This document shows positions 12,891-25,007 of a DNA stretch of 64,000 nt, one piece after another; position 1 is the stretch's first letter, and every line of letters starts with the position of its first letter. Source of the DNA: Octopus vulgaris (lineage: Eukaryota); assembly GCA_951406725.2 (NCBI GenBank), contig OX597825.1:11222001-11286000 (forward strand). The letters are read 5' to 3'. Position numbers and translations under genes: made by a program. The notes below the pieces were generated by a model. The model saw only the letters and a list, made by a program, of their open reading frames with translations, was not told the origin of the DNA and searched no databases.

Positions 12891-13120
12891 TTAACCCTTT
12901 TGTTACCATTTTTCTCTTGAGCTGCTCTGTGTTTCTTTCAATTAATTTTTAAAATAACAAAGAGTTTAGTAAAATAACTTTGTTATCATTAAGCTAGTGT
13001 TAGGAGCATAAATTGTGACTAAGGTTTGGTGGAAGATTTTTATTCAGAACTTTCGAAAACAAGACATTTGTACTACAGAGCCAGAGGCTGTTTTAGCCAG
13101 GTTGGTATCGAAAGGGTTAA
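12891..13120. mobile_element. piggyBac-type MITE, copy 2 (same family, 12 bp downstream)
   Basis: TTAA|CCCTTTT...GAAAGGG|TTAA; body closely similar to copy 1. Confidence 0.8.
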
Positions 13121-13323
13121 AACCTCTCCCCCTAATGCCAACTTGGAAAATTAGGAAACTAGTGAGGATGAGGAATTTTAAAATGTTTGTTATATCATTG
13201 CAATTAAACACATGTTTAATTCTCTATATTGCTTGTTTTCTTGAATTAATTGGATCTGAATCTCATCACTTTTTTATTAATGAGGTCACCTGTAAGCTTT
13301 TCATTTTATGTGTGTATTTGTGA

Positions 13324-13744
13324 CTAGAATCCATATAACAAATCCATAGAGCCTAGTGTATTACTGGTACAGCCGTAGTAGGATAGATGGCAAAATATAT
13401 CTTAGTAATATTGTACTTGGAAATAGATAGTAGGTTTTCTCAAAACAACTTGTCTGACCGTCCCATAGGAGAAACACTGATTTAACCTAAATTTGAGACA
13501 CCAGCAAATGAAGAAATAAAGATATCGATCGCAACAGCTGATGTACTTGCGTGTACAAATGCACATTCCCATGGCTTTATCAATCGCATTTTCACCTGGA
13601 ATCGATTTTTGTAATTTTTTCAAGACTTATACACGACCTGATACTGTTGGTATCTACTTATCAAATTTGAGCGCAATTGGATGAAGGATGCCCGAGATCC
13701 CAGAAGACACACACACAGACAGACAACGGATTTTATATAATAGA
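13324..13744 (-). mobile_element. Non-autonomous Helitron-like element
   Basis: Minus-strand 5' end A|TCTATTATATAAAA..tgtctgtctgtgtg and CTAG|T at the other end. A second partial copy lies at ~16185-16330. Confidence 0.45.
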
Positions 13745-13756
13745 TTATGTATGTAG

Positions 13757-14095
13757 TGAAGGTGCATGGCTCAGTGGTTAGAGTGTTGAGCTTACGATCG
13801 TGAGGTTGTGAGTTCGAATCCCGGACCGGGCTGTGTGTTGTGTTCTTGAGCAAGACACTTTACTTAACATTGCTCCAGTTCACTCAGTTGTAGAAATGAG
13901 TTGCGACGTCACAGGTGCCAAGCTGTATCGGCCCCTTTTGCCTTTCCCTTGGATAACTCTTGTGGGATGGAGAGGGGAGGCCGGTATGCATGGGCGACTG
14001 CTGGTCTTCCATAAACAACCTTGCCCGGACTTGTGCCTGGGAGGGTAACTATCTAGGTGCAATCCCACGGTCAGTCATGACTGAAGGGGGTCTCA
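13757..14095 (+). mobile_element. tRNA-derived SINE (family C) with CORE-like segment
   Basis: A box tggctcagtggttaga, B box gagttcgaatccc, then cttgagcaagacact. The 3' half recurs at 31579-31778. Confidence 0.85.
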
Positions 14096-14270
14096 ATCAA
14101 ATCAAACAATGTATTTATATGGGATGAAGGAAGCCACTTTCAGTTAGGTTATTAAACCTAAATAAATATAAACAGCTAAGATCTGCATTGCAGAGATATT
14201 CACTGAAAAATATTTGCTGGGACATTAGCTGCATTGATCACATGGTCATTACTTCAATCATTACATATTT

Positions 14271-14677
14271 ACTCTTTTACTTTTTTGCTTGTTTCAGTCA
14301 TTTGACTGCGGCCATGCTGGAGCACCGCCTTTAGTTGAGCAACTCGACCCCGAGACTTATTCTTTTTGTAAGCCCAGTACTTATTCTATCGGTCTCTTTT
14401 GCCGAACCACTAAGTGACGGGGACATAAACACACCAGCATCGGTTGTCAAGCGATGTTGGAGGGACAAACACAGACATACAAACATACATGCACACATAT
14501 ATATGTACATATATACGACGGGCTTCTTTCAGTTTCCGTCTACCAAATCCACTCACAAGGCTTTGGTCGGCCCGAGGCTATAGTAGAAGACACTTGCTCA
14601 AGGTGCCACGCAATGGGACTGAACCCAGAACCATGTGGTTGGTAAACAAGCTACTTACCACACAGCCACTCCTGTGC
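14271..14677 (-). mobile_element. SINE family A, full length
   Basis: Matches 11949-12355; 10-bp TSD ttacatattt at 14261-14270 and 14678-14687. Confidence 0.9.
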
Positions 14678-14885
14678 TTACATATTTGTATTGCATTTTA
14701 AAGTAAAGCTTGGTAGTCCCTATGCACTAGTCAGCCTAGTGAACAAATAGTTTCACTCTTATGCACTAAAATTATTTGCCCCAACAAAATATAGTTTCTT
14801 AAATTTGCAAAAGTCAATGTTAGCTTTGAAAAAAATTTTTTTATTTGACTGAAAATTTATTTCTGGAATTTTGTTTCTTTTCTAG

Positions 14886-15134
14886 GATCTCCAAAGTATG
14901 AGAATCGGAACTGGACATCGTAATAAAATCTGGAAGAACTTGTTGGAATATCGTAAATTAGTTAACTCTGGAGCCGAATCTCAGGCTTTGCAACACACTT
15001 CCAGCACAGCATCCACCCTTAGTTTAGCTTCACAAAATTCTACCTATTGCCCTGGTTACTATGAAGTCACACGTTACACTTTCAAACAAGTCATTTCTTT
15101 CAAATCTGGAGAACTTCATTTTGACTCGGTCTGA
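14886..15134 (+). CDS. p63/p73: p53/p63/p73-family terminal coding exon: SAM helix 5 plus C-terminal TID/HOMO-like motif (DLQSMRIGTGHRNKIWKNLLEYR...PGYYEVTRYTFKQVISF...*)
   Basis: TTTTCTAG acceptor and TGA stop at 15132-15134. DL..M.I..GHR.KI SAM signature; the EVTRYTFK.I motif corresponds to the p63/p73 transactivation-inhibitory domain. Confidence 0.95.
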   Translation, partial: DLQSMRIGTGHRNKIWKNLLEYRKLVNSGAESQALQHTSSTASTLSLASQNSTYCPGYYEVTRYTFKQVISFKSGELHFDSV

Positions 15135-15910
15135 ACGACTAATTAATGTTATACGTGTTAATCTCATTCACAAGCGTCATATCTTCCTCTTCATATACTT
15201 GTGTCCACCTTTATAAGGAATGGTTCCTCAATAACAGCTGTAACAAGTGATCATACTAGCGAACCAGTTTACTATTATTTTTTTTTTTCATTAGATTACC
15301 AACTTTATCTTGTGTTTTTACGAAACTGTAAACCTTACTCACCAGGTCTCTAGTTGTCTTCATATTTCACTTATATTCCATCCAGAACTGAAGTTTGGAT
15401 CTGTTGCTACTCTGAGTGTCCCATTTTTAACCTGTTTGAGATGACAGAGCTAAGCCTCAGTGCCAAATGAACGAATAGACTCACCCTGTATTGAGTACTT
15501 TCGTCTCATATTTCTACATGCAAATACACAAACACATACAAATATAGTGAGATCTGTTATTTTTGTGAGGACTTTTTTAAAGCCAAGTTGGGGTTAATAT
15601 AATTATTAATACTATTTTATATTCTCCACGCTTGGTTTTATGTCACAAACTGTGAAAGACGTATCCCCTACCTGCTATTATGCTAATCTGTTACAAGTTT
15701 CCAACATCATTCAAGATTGAAAGCATGAACTATTAAATTACTTTACCAAACATCCAATTTGTTTAGTACCTATCCAATGTTCAAACTGCATCTCTGATTG
15801 TATTTTGTTTACAGCTAATACATAAAGATATGTGAATTGAGTTTAAAACTGCTGCAGATGTCTTGATGTGTTTTTGAGAAAGACACGTAACTCTGAGCTT
15901 CAATTCCCTT

Positions 15911-16078
15911 TGGCCAGATCTAGGAATATTTTCAGAAGCCATACATACCTGGATAAAACAACCAAGAAACTACTCCAGTGTATTCTGTTGAGTCTTATCT
16001 ATAGGGTAGATTGGAGTGATTTTTCTATTACCTTTCCCAGCTGTATATGACCCCTGAAAATATTCCTAAATCTGGCCA
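15911..16078. repeat. 168-nt imperfect hairpin in the putative p63/p73 3' UTR
   Basis: tggccagatctaggaatattttcag... pairs with ...ctgaaaatattcctaaatctggcca, and pairing continues toward a short apex. Confidence 0.8.
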
Positions 16079-16087
16079 GTGTGTGCA

Positions 16088-16130
<43 letters not shown>

Positions 16131-16677
16131 GTATATGTATATGAGCAAAACACCTCCCCGTCCAATGGACGATGCTGAGTTATCAAACACGGCTTTATCG
16201 ATCGCATTCTCACCTGGAATCGATTTTTGTAATTTTTTCAAGACTTATACACGCCCTGATACCGTCGGTATCTACATATCAAATTTGAGCGCAATCCGAT
16301 GGAGGATGCCTGAGATCCTAGAAGACACACACACACACACACACACACACAAATGTATGTATGTATGTATATGTTGTTGATCACCATTAAAACAACAAGG
16401 ACTAAAACGAACATTGCACTAATGACTAAAATAATGTACGTGTGTTGGAAGAAGGAAAATAGACATCTCGAAACAAATAATGGCAACTTAAATTTCATGG
16501 CCTAAAAGTACTTTAATTTAAAAGTACTTTAGGTACATTTCCATGATCTAAACTTTATTGTGGCTGGTTCATCTTAGACGAAAACATTTAATTCAAGGAC
16601 AAACGTGGAGAAATTCTGTTGACAAGCATGGTAAAGTGGATGTAAAATGATGAGGATGGTGATGATGCTACCTCATC

Positions 16678-16723
<46 letters not shown>

Positions 16724-16884
16724 GAAGAAACCCAGGTTTAAATCTTTTTTATAACATTGGAGCTCACCTAAAATTTAATACTTAAAGGCCACTTTATTCT
16801 TCTTAATTTTTACTACAATTATGAAATATGCATTTTTGTTATTTTATATTTTCACAGATATATCATTTAATAGATTATATTATG

Positions 16885-17245
<361 letters not shown>

Positions 17246-17361
17246 AAATTCTTTATTGTTTTTTGTCGAGTCAAAGATTATTGACTCGTAAAGAACACAG
17301 GGAAAGCATTTTGATATTATTTCATTATTTTGCCGATTTCAGTCATTGAACTGTAGCTATG

Positions 17362-17405
<44 letters not shown>

Positions 17406-18364
17406 AAAAATAAATAAGCATAGACAGGCATATACACACATTTAAAGAACTGACTTTAAATACTGTTGACACACTCATCAGTATAGATTTATTCTTAGTT
17501 TCTGCTGCTATGTTTTATATTTTATATTTTTGTTATCGTTTCTTACTGTACTTAACCATCTCATGCAAATTATAGACACACACACACACACACACCTACC
17601 TACCTACCTAAACACAAAATAAAAGAAAATGACATTTTACTTCAATTCATTCCATATTCTTACTTGCTATAACCATTGTCTTTAAATGATAACCTCTCTT
17701 CAGTTCTTTAATATTCTGGTGCTATTTCATATTCTGTTATTTTTTCTCAAACTAGAAACTGTTTCATTTATTTATTTTTGTTCCTATATCAAATGTAGAC
17801 GTTCATTCTTGTAATCATGGGGCAAGTATGGAATAAAAATCCTCCATTTCTTAATTGATAGTTAATGCTTTATTAAATAAATGTAAGTGATTTAACGATA
17901 AGCCTGGTAATGTCGGCGATGGTTTGGTTAAGGAAAGCAGCTTTTGGAAGAAAGGAGTGTAAATAATATTGACAAAAATAAATTTTGAAAAATAACTTGA
18001 AAAAAACAAACAAACAAACAGAAACCCCAGTTTTTCTTGCTTTTCCTTTTTTTTTCAAATTTCTAACAAATCTGTATTGTTACTCATCATGACTGAGCCT
18101 TTACCTACCTTACGATGGAAATAGCCTCATACACTAATTCATACTCACCTGCTGGCATTTTATACATTTTACTGTTCAATTCAGAGCCAATTTTATTTTT
18201 TTATTTTATCTAGTTTCAGCTCACGAGCTGTGGCCATGCTGGGGCACCGCCAATGTAAAAATACATTGTGAATATACAAGAACTTTATAATAATAATAAT
18301 AATAATGTTGGTAGTATTGATAAATCTGCATGAATTTTAAAATGTATTTATTGTGTCTTATATC

Positions 18365-18735
18365 TGTTATCTTGGTTTCAGTGATTAGACTGTGGCCATG
18401 CTGGGGCATCACCTTAAAGAATTCTTAGTCAAGCGAATCAATCCCAATACTTATTTTTATTGTTTTTTTATAAGTCTGGTACTTAGTCTGTCGCTCTCTT
18501 TTGGTGAATTGCTGAGTTACAGGGACATAAACACAGCAACACCAGTTGTCAAGCAGTGGTGGTGGGGGGCGCACAGACACACACACATTATGGGCTTCTT
18601 CCAGTTTCCATCTACCAAATCCACTCCAAAGGCTTTGGTCAGCCTTGGGCTATAGTAGAAGACACTTGCCCAAGGTGCCATTCAGTGGGACTGAACCTGA
18701 AACCATGTGGTTGGGAAACAAAGTTCTCACCACAT
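18365..18735 (-). mobile_element. SINE family A, diverged copy
   Basis: Colinear with young copies, with many CpG-decay substitutions. An opposite-strand 3' fragment lies at ~18780-18850. Confidence 0.8.
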
Positions 18736-19083
18736 AATGCATATACATATAGTGTGTCAAAATTTGAAGCTTAATAAGTTGAGTTGCTCGATTAAAGGCG
18801 GTGCTCCAGCATGGCCGCAGTCAAATGACTGAAACAAGTAAAAGAGAAATAAAAAAAAGAGAAAGAGATATTGGCAGAAATAAATAAGAGTAATGATTAT
18901 AAATACCCAAGTCCACTTTATTGGCAGCTGTAGAGACATATTTCACTTTACTTGCCTTCATTAACAATCAACTTGGAACATTTCATCTCGAGCAAAGAAT
19001 TATTATGTAATCAGTGTTTTGGAATGATTCCTTTTAATATATTCAGACGGCACAAGTTTATTAATTGCTGTATCGAAAGTGGT

Positions 19084-19490
19084 TTAACCCTTTAGTATTT
19101 AAACTGACCATATCCAGCCAAAATAGTTAATCTGTTTTATGTTCAAACTGACCAGATCCAGGCTCTCACACCTACCCTACAATGTTATTCTACATTAAGT
19201 AATTGCACCATCAAGATCTTGAAGATATGAGATAATGCAGGATTAATTCAAATCAATGGGCATTAGGTTTGATTGAATAATCTGAACACTAAAGGGTTAA
19301 GTCTTTAGCATTCAGGAGGTTTCTCTGTCAAATGTAATTCTTGTCTTGTAACTTCAAGATTTCAATGGTGTGATTGTTTATTTTTAGAATGATGTTGTAG
19401 GGTAGGTGTGAGAGGCTGGATCTGGCCTGTTCGAACATAAAACAGGATATTTTGATCGGATATGACCAGTTTAAATGCTGAAAAGTTAAA
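19084..19490. mobile_element. Two piggyBac-type MITE copies in inverted (tail-to-tail) arrangement
   Basis: TTAA|CCCTTTAG...CTAAAGGG|TTAA (19084-19300), followed by a reverse-complement decayed copy ending ...aagttaa. Confidence 0.7.
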
Positions 19491-19559
19491 ATAATTTTTT
19501 TTTTCTTTATTCTGGCCTGAAAAATACCTACATTGATTTATTTTTCAATCATTTCCGTC

Positions 19560-19770
19560 CGTCCTTCCTCCCTCCCTCCCTCCCTCCTTCCTTTCTTTCC
19601 TTCCTTCCTTCCTTCCTTTCTTTCCTTCCTCCCTCCCTCCTTCCTTCCTTCCTTCCTTCCTTCCTTCCTTTTTCTTTCTTTCTTTCCTTCCTTCCTTCCC
19701 CTCCACCTCCTCCCTCCCTCTCTTTTTGTTCTCTTCTCTTCTCTTTTTTCTTTTCTTTTCTTTTCTTTCT
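19560..19770. repeat. (CCTT)n/(CT)-rich polypyrimidine tract
   Basis: Directly visible. Confidence 0.9.
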
Positions 19771-20453
19771 GTGAATATTTGAGAAAAATGTTAAAAATTT
19801 ATTTAAAAAAATTTTTTTTACTGAAGTGATGCATTAATTTTAAGAAACTATTAAATTACAAAAAAGGCAGCAACTTCAATTTCTCTACTCATTTAAAACT
19901 TGATTATTACGAATATAATTAAATAAGAAATAACTTTGAAAATTACAAAAATATCTCAAGTATACATCCACCTTCATTTCTTTCAAATAACAATATTACC
20001 AAAAGCAGTAAAATGGTAAAATTGGTAGAGCAACAGAGTAATTCATTTTGTGCCTTTGATTTTTTGAATACAAATTCTTGCAATAGAGCTCCTGTTATTT
20101 ATGCAAACATTGTAATTAATATCAGTACCTTTATAATACTGGAGCTTATTCAATAGGCTGCACCCCATCAATACAATATATATGTGTGTGTGTGTTGTTT
20201 ATGTTGAATTCATGAGACGAGTGCTCAATACCTGTTGTAGAGGATATGGATTTTTTTTTGTTTTTATTGAAACTGGAACTGAGAGTTTTTCTTGCAACTT
20301 GAGTTTCACACCACTGAGATCATCAGATAAAACCGTTACAACGTGGTGCTGGAGGTGTATGTATATATATACCCAGTATATATATACTCAGTATATATAT
20401 ATACCCAGTATATATATACTCAGTATATATATATACCCAGTATATATATACCC

Positions 20454-20684
20454 AGGCGGCGAGCTGGCAGAAACGTAAGCACGCCAGGCGAAATGCGTAG
20501 CTGTATTTCGTCTGTCGTTACATTCTGAGTTCAAATTCCGCTGAGGTCGACTTTGCCTTTCATCCTTTCGGGGTCGATAAATTAAGTACCAGTTTCGCAC
20601 TGGGGTCGATGTAATCGACTTAATCCCTTTGTCTGTCTTTGTTTGTCCCCTCTATATTTAGCCCCTTGTGGGTAGTAAAGAAAT
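20454..20684 (+). mobile_element. SINE family B monomer
   Basis: Full head-to-tail match with the 9901 copy. tatatacccag follows the 3' end and is tandemly repeated 5' of the element. Confidence 0.9.
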
Positions 20685-20706
20685 GTATATACCCAGTGGG
20701 GTGTAT

Positions 20707-20931
20707 GAGCTGGCAGAAACGTTAGCACACCAGACAAAATGCTTAGCGGTGTTTCGTCTGCCGTTACGTTCTGAGTTCAAATTCTGCTGAGGTCGACTTT
20801 GCCTTTCATCCTTTTGGGGTCGATTAAATAAGTACCAGTTACGCACTGGGGTCGATATAATCGACTTAATCCATTTGTCCTTGTTTGTCCTCTCTGTGCT
20901 TCGCCCCTTGTGGGTAGTAAAGAAATAAATA
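20707..20931 (+). mobile_element. SINE family B monomer, adjacent second copy
   Basis: Same consensus, ~20 bp after the previous copy. Confidence 0.9.
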
Positions 20932-21308
20932 GGTGTGTGCATGGTCTAGTACTTGGATCTGGTGACTTACAGAAGCTTTGTTCTAGAACCATAGACACAC
21001 ACACCAATGGATATACATACATACATACATACATATATATCTACGTGCACCATTAAAAAAAAACCCAATTTGTAACAGTTCTGCCTGAAGATAGCCGTGG
21101 CATGAAACTTGGAGTTGCAAGACAAACTCACAATTTCAGTCCCAGTGAAAGATCTGTATGCATACATGCATATATTTATACATACATACATATATTCATA
21201 CGTAGTCACACATACTATAGATCAAAAGATAAGCTCCTTGTAAACAGAGGGCAGAAACCTGGGTTTCATTCTCTTGGATTTAAAAGTGCGCATTTATAAA
21301 TTCATCTC

Positions 21309-21635
21309 TGACTTGTTTCAGTCATTAGACTGTGGCCATGCTGGGGCACTGCCTTAAAGAGTTTTAGTTGAGTGAATTGACACCAGTACTTTTTTAAAAA
21401 CCTACGTATTCTATCAATCTCTTTGCTGAAGCGTTAAGTTATGGGGGGGTGTAAAAATGCCAGCCCTGGTTGTCAAGCAGTGATGGGGGTGACAAATACA
21501 AATAGAAAGATATACAGTGGGCTTCTTTCAATTTCCATCTATCAAATCCATTCAAGGCTTTGGTTGGTCTGAAACTATTGTAGAAGACATGTTCCCTAGG
21601 TGCCATGTTGTAGGACTAAACCTGGAACCACGTGG
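21309..21635 (-). mobile_element. SINE family A, old copy
   Basis: Diverged but colinear with the consensus. Confidence 0.7.
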
Positions 21636-22499
21636 TTATTGCCAATGGTTATTATGTTTATTTGATCAAATGAATTACCTATCTGTTGAATTAGTATTTA
21701 CTATTAAGGTAGACTTAATGAGATAATTGTGATCAAGCTGGATCTTTAAATTACATACACTAACAGGCTTCCTCACAGTTTCCGTCAACTCAACTTCACC
21801 TAAAAGTTTGTGTTGATGTGAGACTATCGTAAAAGATGATTCATTCCCACTGCCCAGTGCTAAGATTGAACCTTAAGCTTTATGATTGCAAAGCAAACTC
21901 CTTAACTGTTTGGCCATGCTGTGTCCTGTAAAGCTTACCATAATTTTTAATAAGTGCTTAGGTTTTTTTCCTTTCACATGTAGTAATTTAAAATACTTTG
22001 TAAATTTTTTTGAAATTTTAGTTGTAGTACTCAATAAGTGGCTTTCATTTCATTGTCTTTTCTGATGGTATTTAATGAAGCTAGAAGAGAGCCCACTCCA
22101 ACATCACCCATGAGCCTAAAGGTTATATAAGATGTTGAGATGCCAGCTGTGGTTGATTGAGCAGACCAATGATCAAAAGCATTTAAACCCTACCATCTCT
22201 TATTTGCAGGAATTCTGTACACTGGACTCTATCATTGATCAACTGAACTCTCGATTTAGAATAATAACAGATATATTTCTTACCTTAAATTAATTATCAG
22301 GCAGAATTCGGTGTGACCCAAGGCTAGCATTTTGAATTAGAGATGCAATCCATCCAATGTGCTTCCACAGTTTTCATCTCCCCAGTTTTTCTCTAAACGC
22401 TTAACCCAAAGTTTTGGTTAAAGATTTTCTTCTCCAAGATGTCACACTGTAGAGTCAGGATTGCTAAGTGAATTTCTTCACCCCTCAAGCTATGCCTAC

Positions 22500-22541
<42 letters not shown>

Positions 22542-22933
22542 ATATCTATATATATGTACATACATGTGTTCATGTCAAAATATTTGCAATTTGACTCCCA
22601 CCCATTTGTTTTTATACTCTGTAAATACATTTTACATTTCTTTGCTTCATTCCTCTTGCAATTGTCTTTTGATAAAGTTGATCCAATATATTTCATATTT
22701 ATATTCTATGTTTCAAGTATTTCATGTTTATCTTGGTAAGTGGCACAGAGTAAAAGTTCCCATTGAGCTGAGCCTGCCACCTTATCAATTTTGTCATCAG
22801 TGTTGTTGACAATATATATATACATTCCATTTTCTTGTCAGGATGAATAGATTAAAAGTTGGTGGGTGTATACAATCATTAACTCATCTTGGTTATACTC
22901 AGCAGGATGGATAGCATTATTGGCAATAAATGC

Positions 22934-23346
22934 GGATCTTTTCGGTTTGAACGGCAGTTTTTTCTAGCGGTGTCATATGAAATTGTCACCCATAATTATG
23001 ACCCTAGTATCGATCTATTGCATTTCAATCTATGTTAGGGTTAGGGGTGAGGAAAGGGTATCTTATTTTCTTCACAAATGTAAATAAACCCAATCTGTTT
23101 CTTAAACGGGGGACATATTCATACGGCACAGAATGTTTTTTTTTACCTCAATAGACGTCAATGATTGGTTGAAATTGCAGAAATTGAATAAAAAACCCCA
23201 CAAATATCTTACAAACTATAGAATTTTTTCAATAAAGCCAAGAGAAAAAGATGTTTTATAAACACATTCTACCAGTATATGAAGTTTTAAATTTTTTAGT
23301 TACCTAGAAATTATGTTAAAAACTGCCGTTCAAACCGAAAAGATCC
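22934..23346. mobile_element. Non-autonomous DNA transposon (MITE), 28-bp perfect TIRs, ~8-bp TSD
   Basis: ggatcttttcggtttgaacggcagtttt / aaaactgccgttcaaaccgaaaagatcc; flanks ataaatgc and ctaaatgc. GG-start TIR with 8-bp TSD is compatible with Merlin, but the superfamily is not proven. Confidence 0.85.
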
Positions 23347-24150
23347 CTAAATGCCCCTTTTGTGCCTTGACACATGTATCTGAGTTTATTCATTTCCTTA
23401 CGGCCTTATTGTTTTATACTGTTTCTTCAGAAAAGCAAATTTTCATTTAGCCTCATCAGAGTTGTAAGAGACATCTACAAACCTGTTTACAAATTACTCT
23501 ATTGTCAACATCGAGTTCTTTCATAATTTTGGAGTAACAAGATTACCAGATCAGAAGTTTCTTTATAAAAATATAAGGGTTATAGAAATCTATAACATAA
23601 GTACTGGGGTCGATATAATTAACTAAACCGGCAAAGGTGGCGCACCAGTGTGGCTGCAGTCCAATGACTGAAACCAGTAAAAGGACTACAGAGATGTATC
23701 TTGTTATTTTAGTTTATACTGAGTTCCTAACATTAACGGTTTGGTAACATTTACAAAGAAGTGATGTTTCTTAATTTTCCTTTAATAAATTCTATGCTGA
23801 TGGTTTAAAATTGTTTATTTTAGTCCCATGACTTTCAAGTTGTGGCTGTTTGTGTGTGAATGTGTCTTATATCAAAGAATGCTAAACTTCTTGAGAACGA
23901 CCGAGTTTATATGCGAGTTTTATTTTAAAGTAATATATAAAGCTGTTATATCTTGGAATATGTTATGGCTGATGGCAGGTTGCAAATGAGGGGGTATGTT
24001 ATTTTTTACTTTATTTCTGTTGCATTTAATTAAAAAAAAAAAATAAATAATTAGAAATTGCTACAAAAATTACTAGAAATGTTAATTCAGAAAGGAATAT
24101 TATGGAAAGCCGATCTTACTTGTTATAAAGTAGATTATGTTAACAGAGAG

Positions 24151-24181
<31 letters not shown>

Positions 24182-24696
24182 GAGAGTGTGTGTGTTCTCT
24201 AAACCATAAAAAATATCACAGAACCATGTATATTGTTCGTAACACACCATTAATGAAAGTTGTCTGATAAAACTTGACAAAGTAGCTTTACGTAGCAAAC
24301 AATAAACAAACAAACAAACTGAATTAAAAAAAACAAAAAACTTGTTACAAAATTATTATTTTATTGAAATAACATTCTGAGTCCATTTCATAAAAATACG
24401 TTTTTTTCATTCATATTTTTTATTTCTTTTTTTTTTCCTCTCCCAACAATTTCATTAAAACATATTTGTCCAGTTTTTACCTTTTAATATACATTAATAC
24501 ATATATTGAAGAAATAAAACATTTGATTATCATTTCACTTTTGTAATTATTATTTAATACTGTCGTCATGGTTATATTTCTCAAATAGCCAACTGAAATA
24601 TTTCAGTTGATTATTTTTGTAAAATTTTGAAAATGTTCCCAAAAAATGTACCGACACTTTAACAACTGATAACTCAATTTCCATTTCTTTTTAGAT

Positions 24697-24990
24697 TTGT
24701 TGTTTGTTCCTTCTCGAGCCATGCCTGGCTCATAAGGGCTGGTTTCCCGGTTTCCTTGGCATATAGGTTCCCCAACTGGATGGGATGCCGGTCCGTCACA
24801 GGTGAGCTGCAAGATGCAGGAGGAAAGAGTGAGAGAAAGTTGTGGTGAAAGAGTCAGCAGAAGTTCGCCATTACCTTCTGCTGGAGCTGTGTGGAGCTTA
24901 GGTGTTTCGCTCATATGCATACACATCGCCCGGTCTGAGATTTGAACCCACGATCCCTCAACTGTGAGTCCGCTGCTCTAACCACTAGGT
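24697..24990 (-). mobile_element. tRNA-derived SINE (family D)
   Basis: Minus strand: cctagtggttagagc (A box), gggttcaaatctc (B box) and a 3' (AAC)-type tail. Confidence 0.75.
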
Positions 24991-25007
24991 TAACCCTTTA
25001 GAAATAA

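Noticed and set aside
13757-13835. tRNA-like A/B boxes (also at the heads near 9901, 12355 and 24990)
   Set aside because: They are SINE heads continuing into SINE bodies; no proper acceptor stem or terminator for a tRNA gene.
20361-20455. Regularly spaced short repeats resembling a CRISPR array
   Set aside because: No unique spacers, eukaryotic context, and no cas genes.
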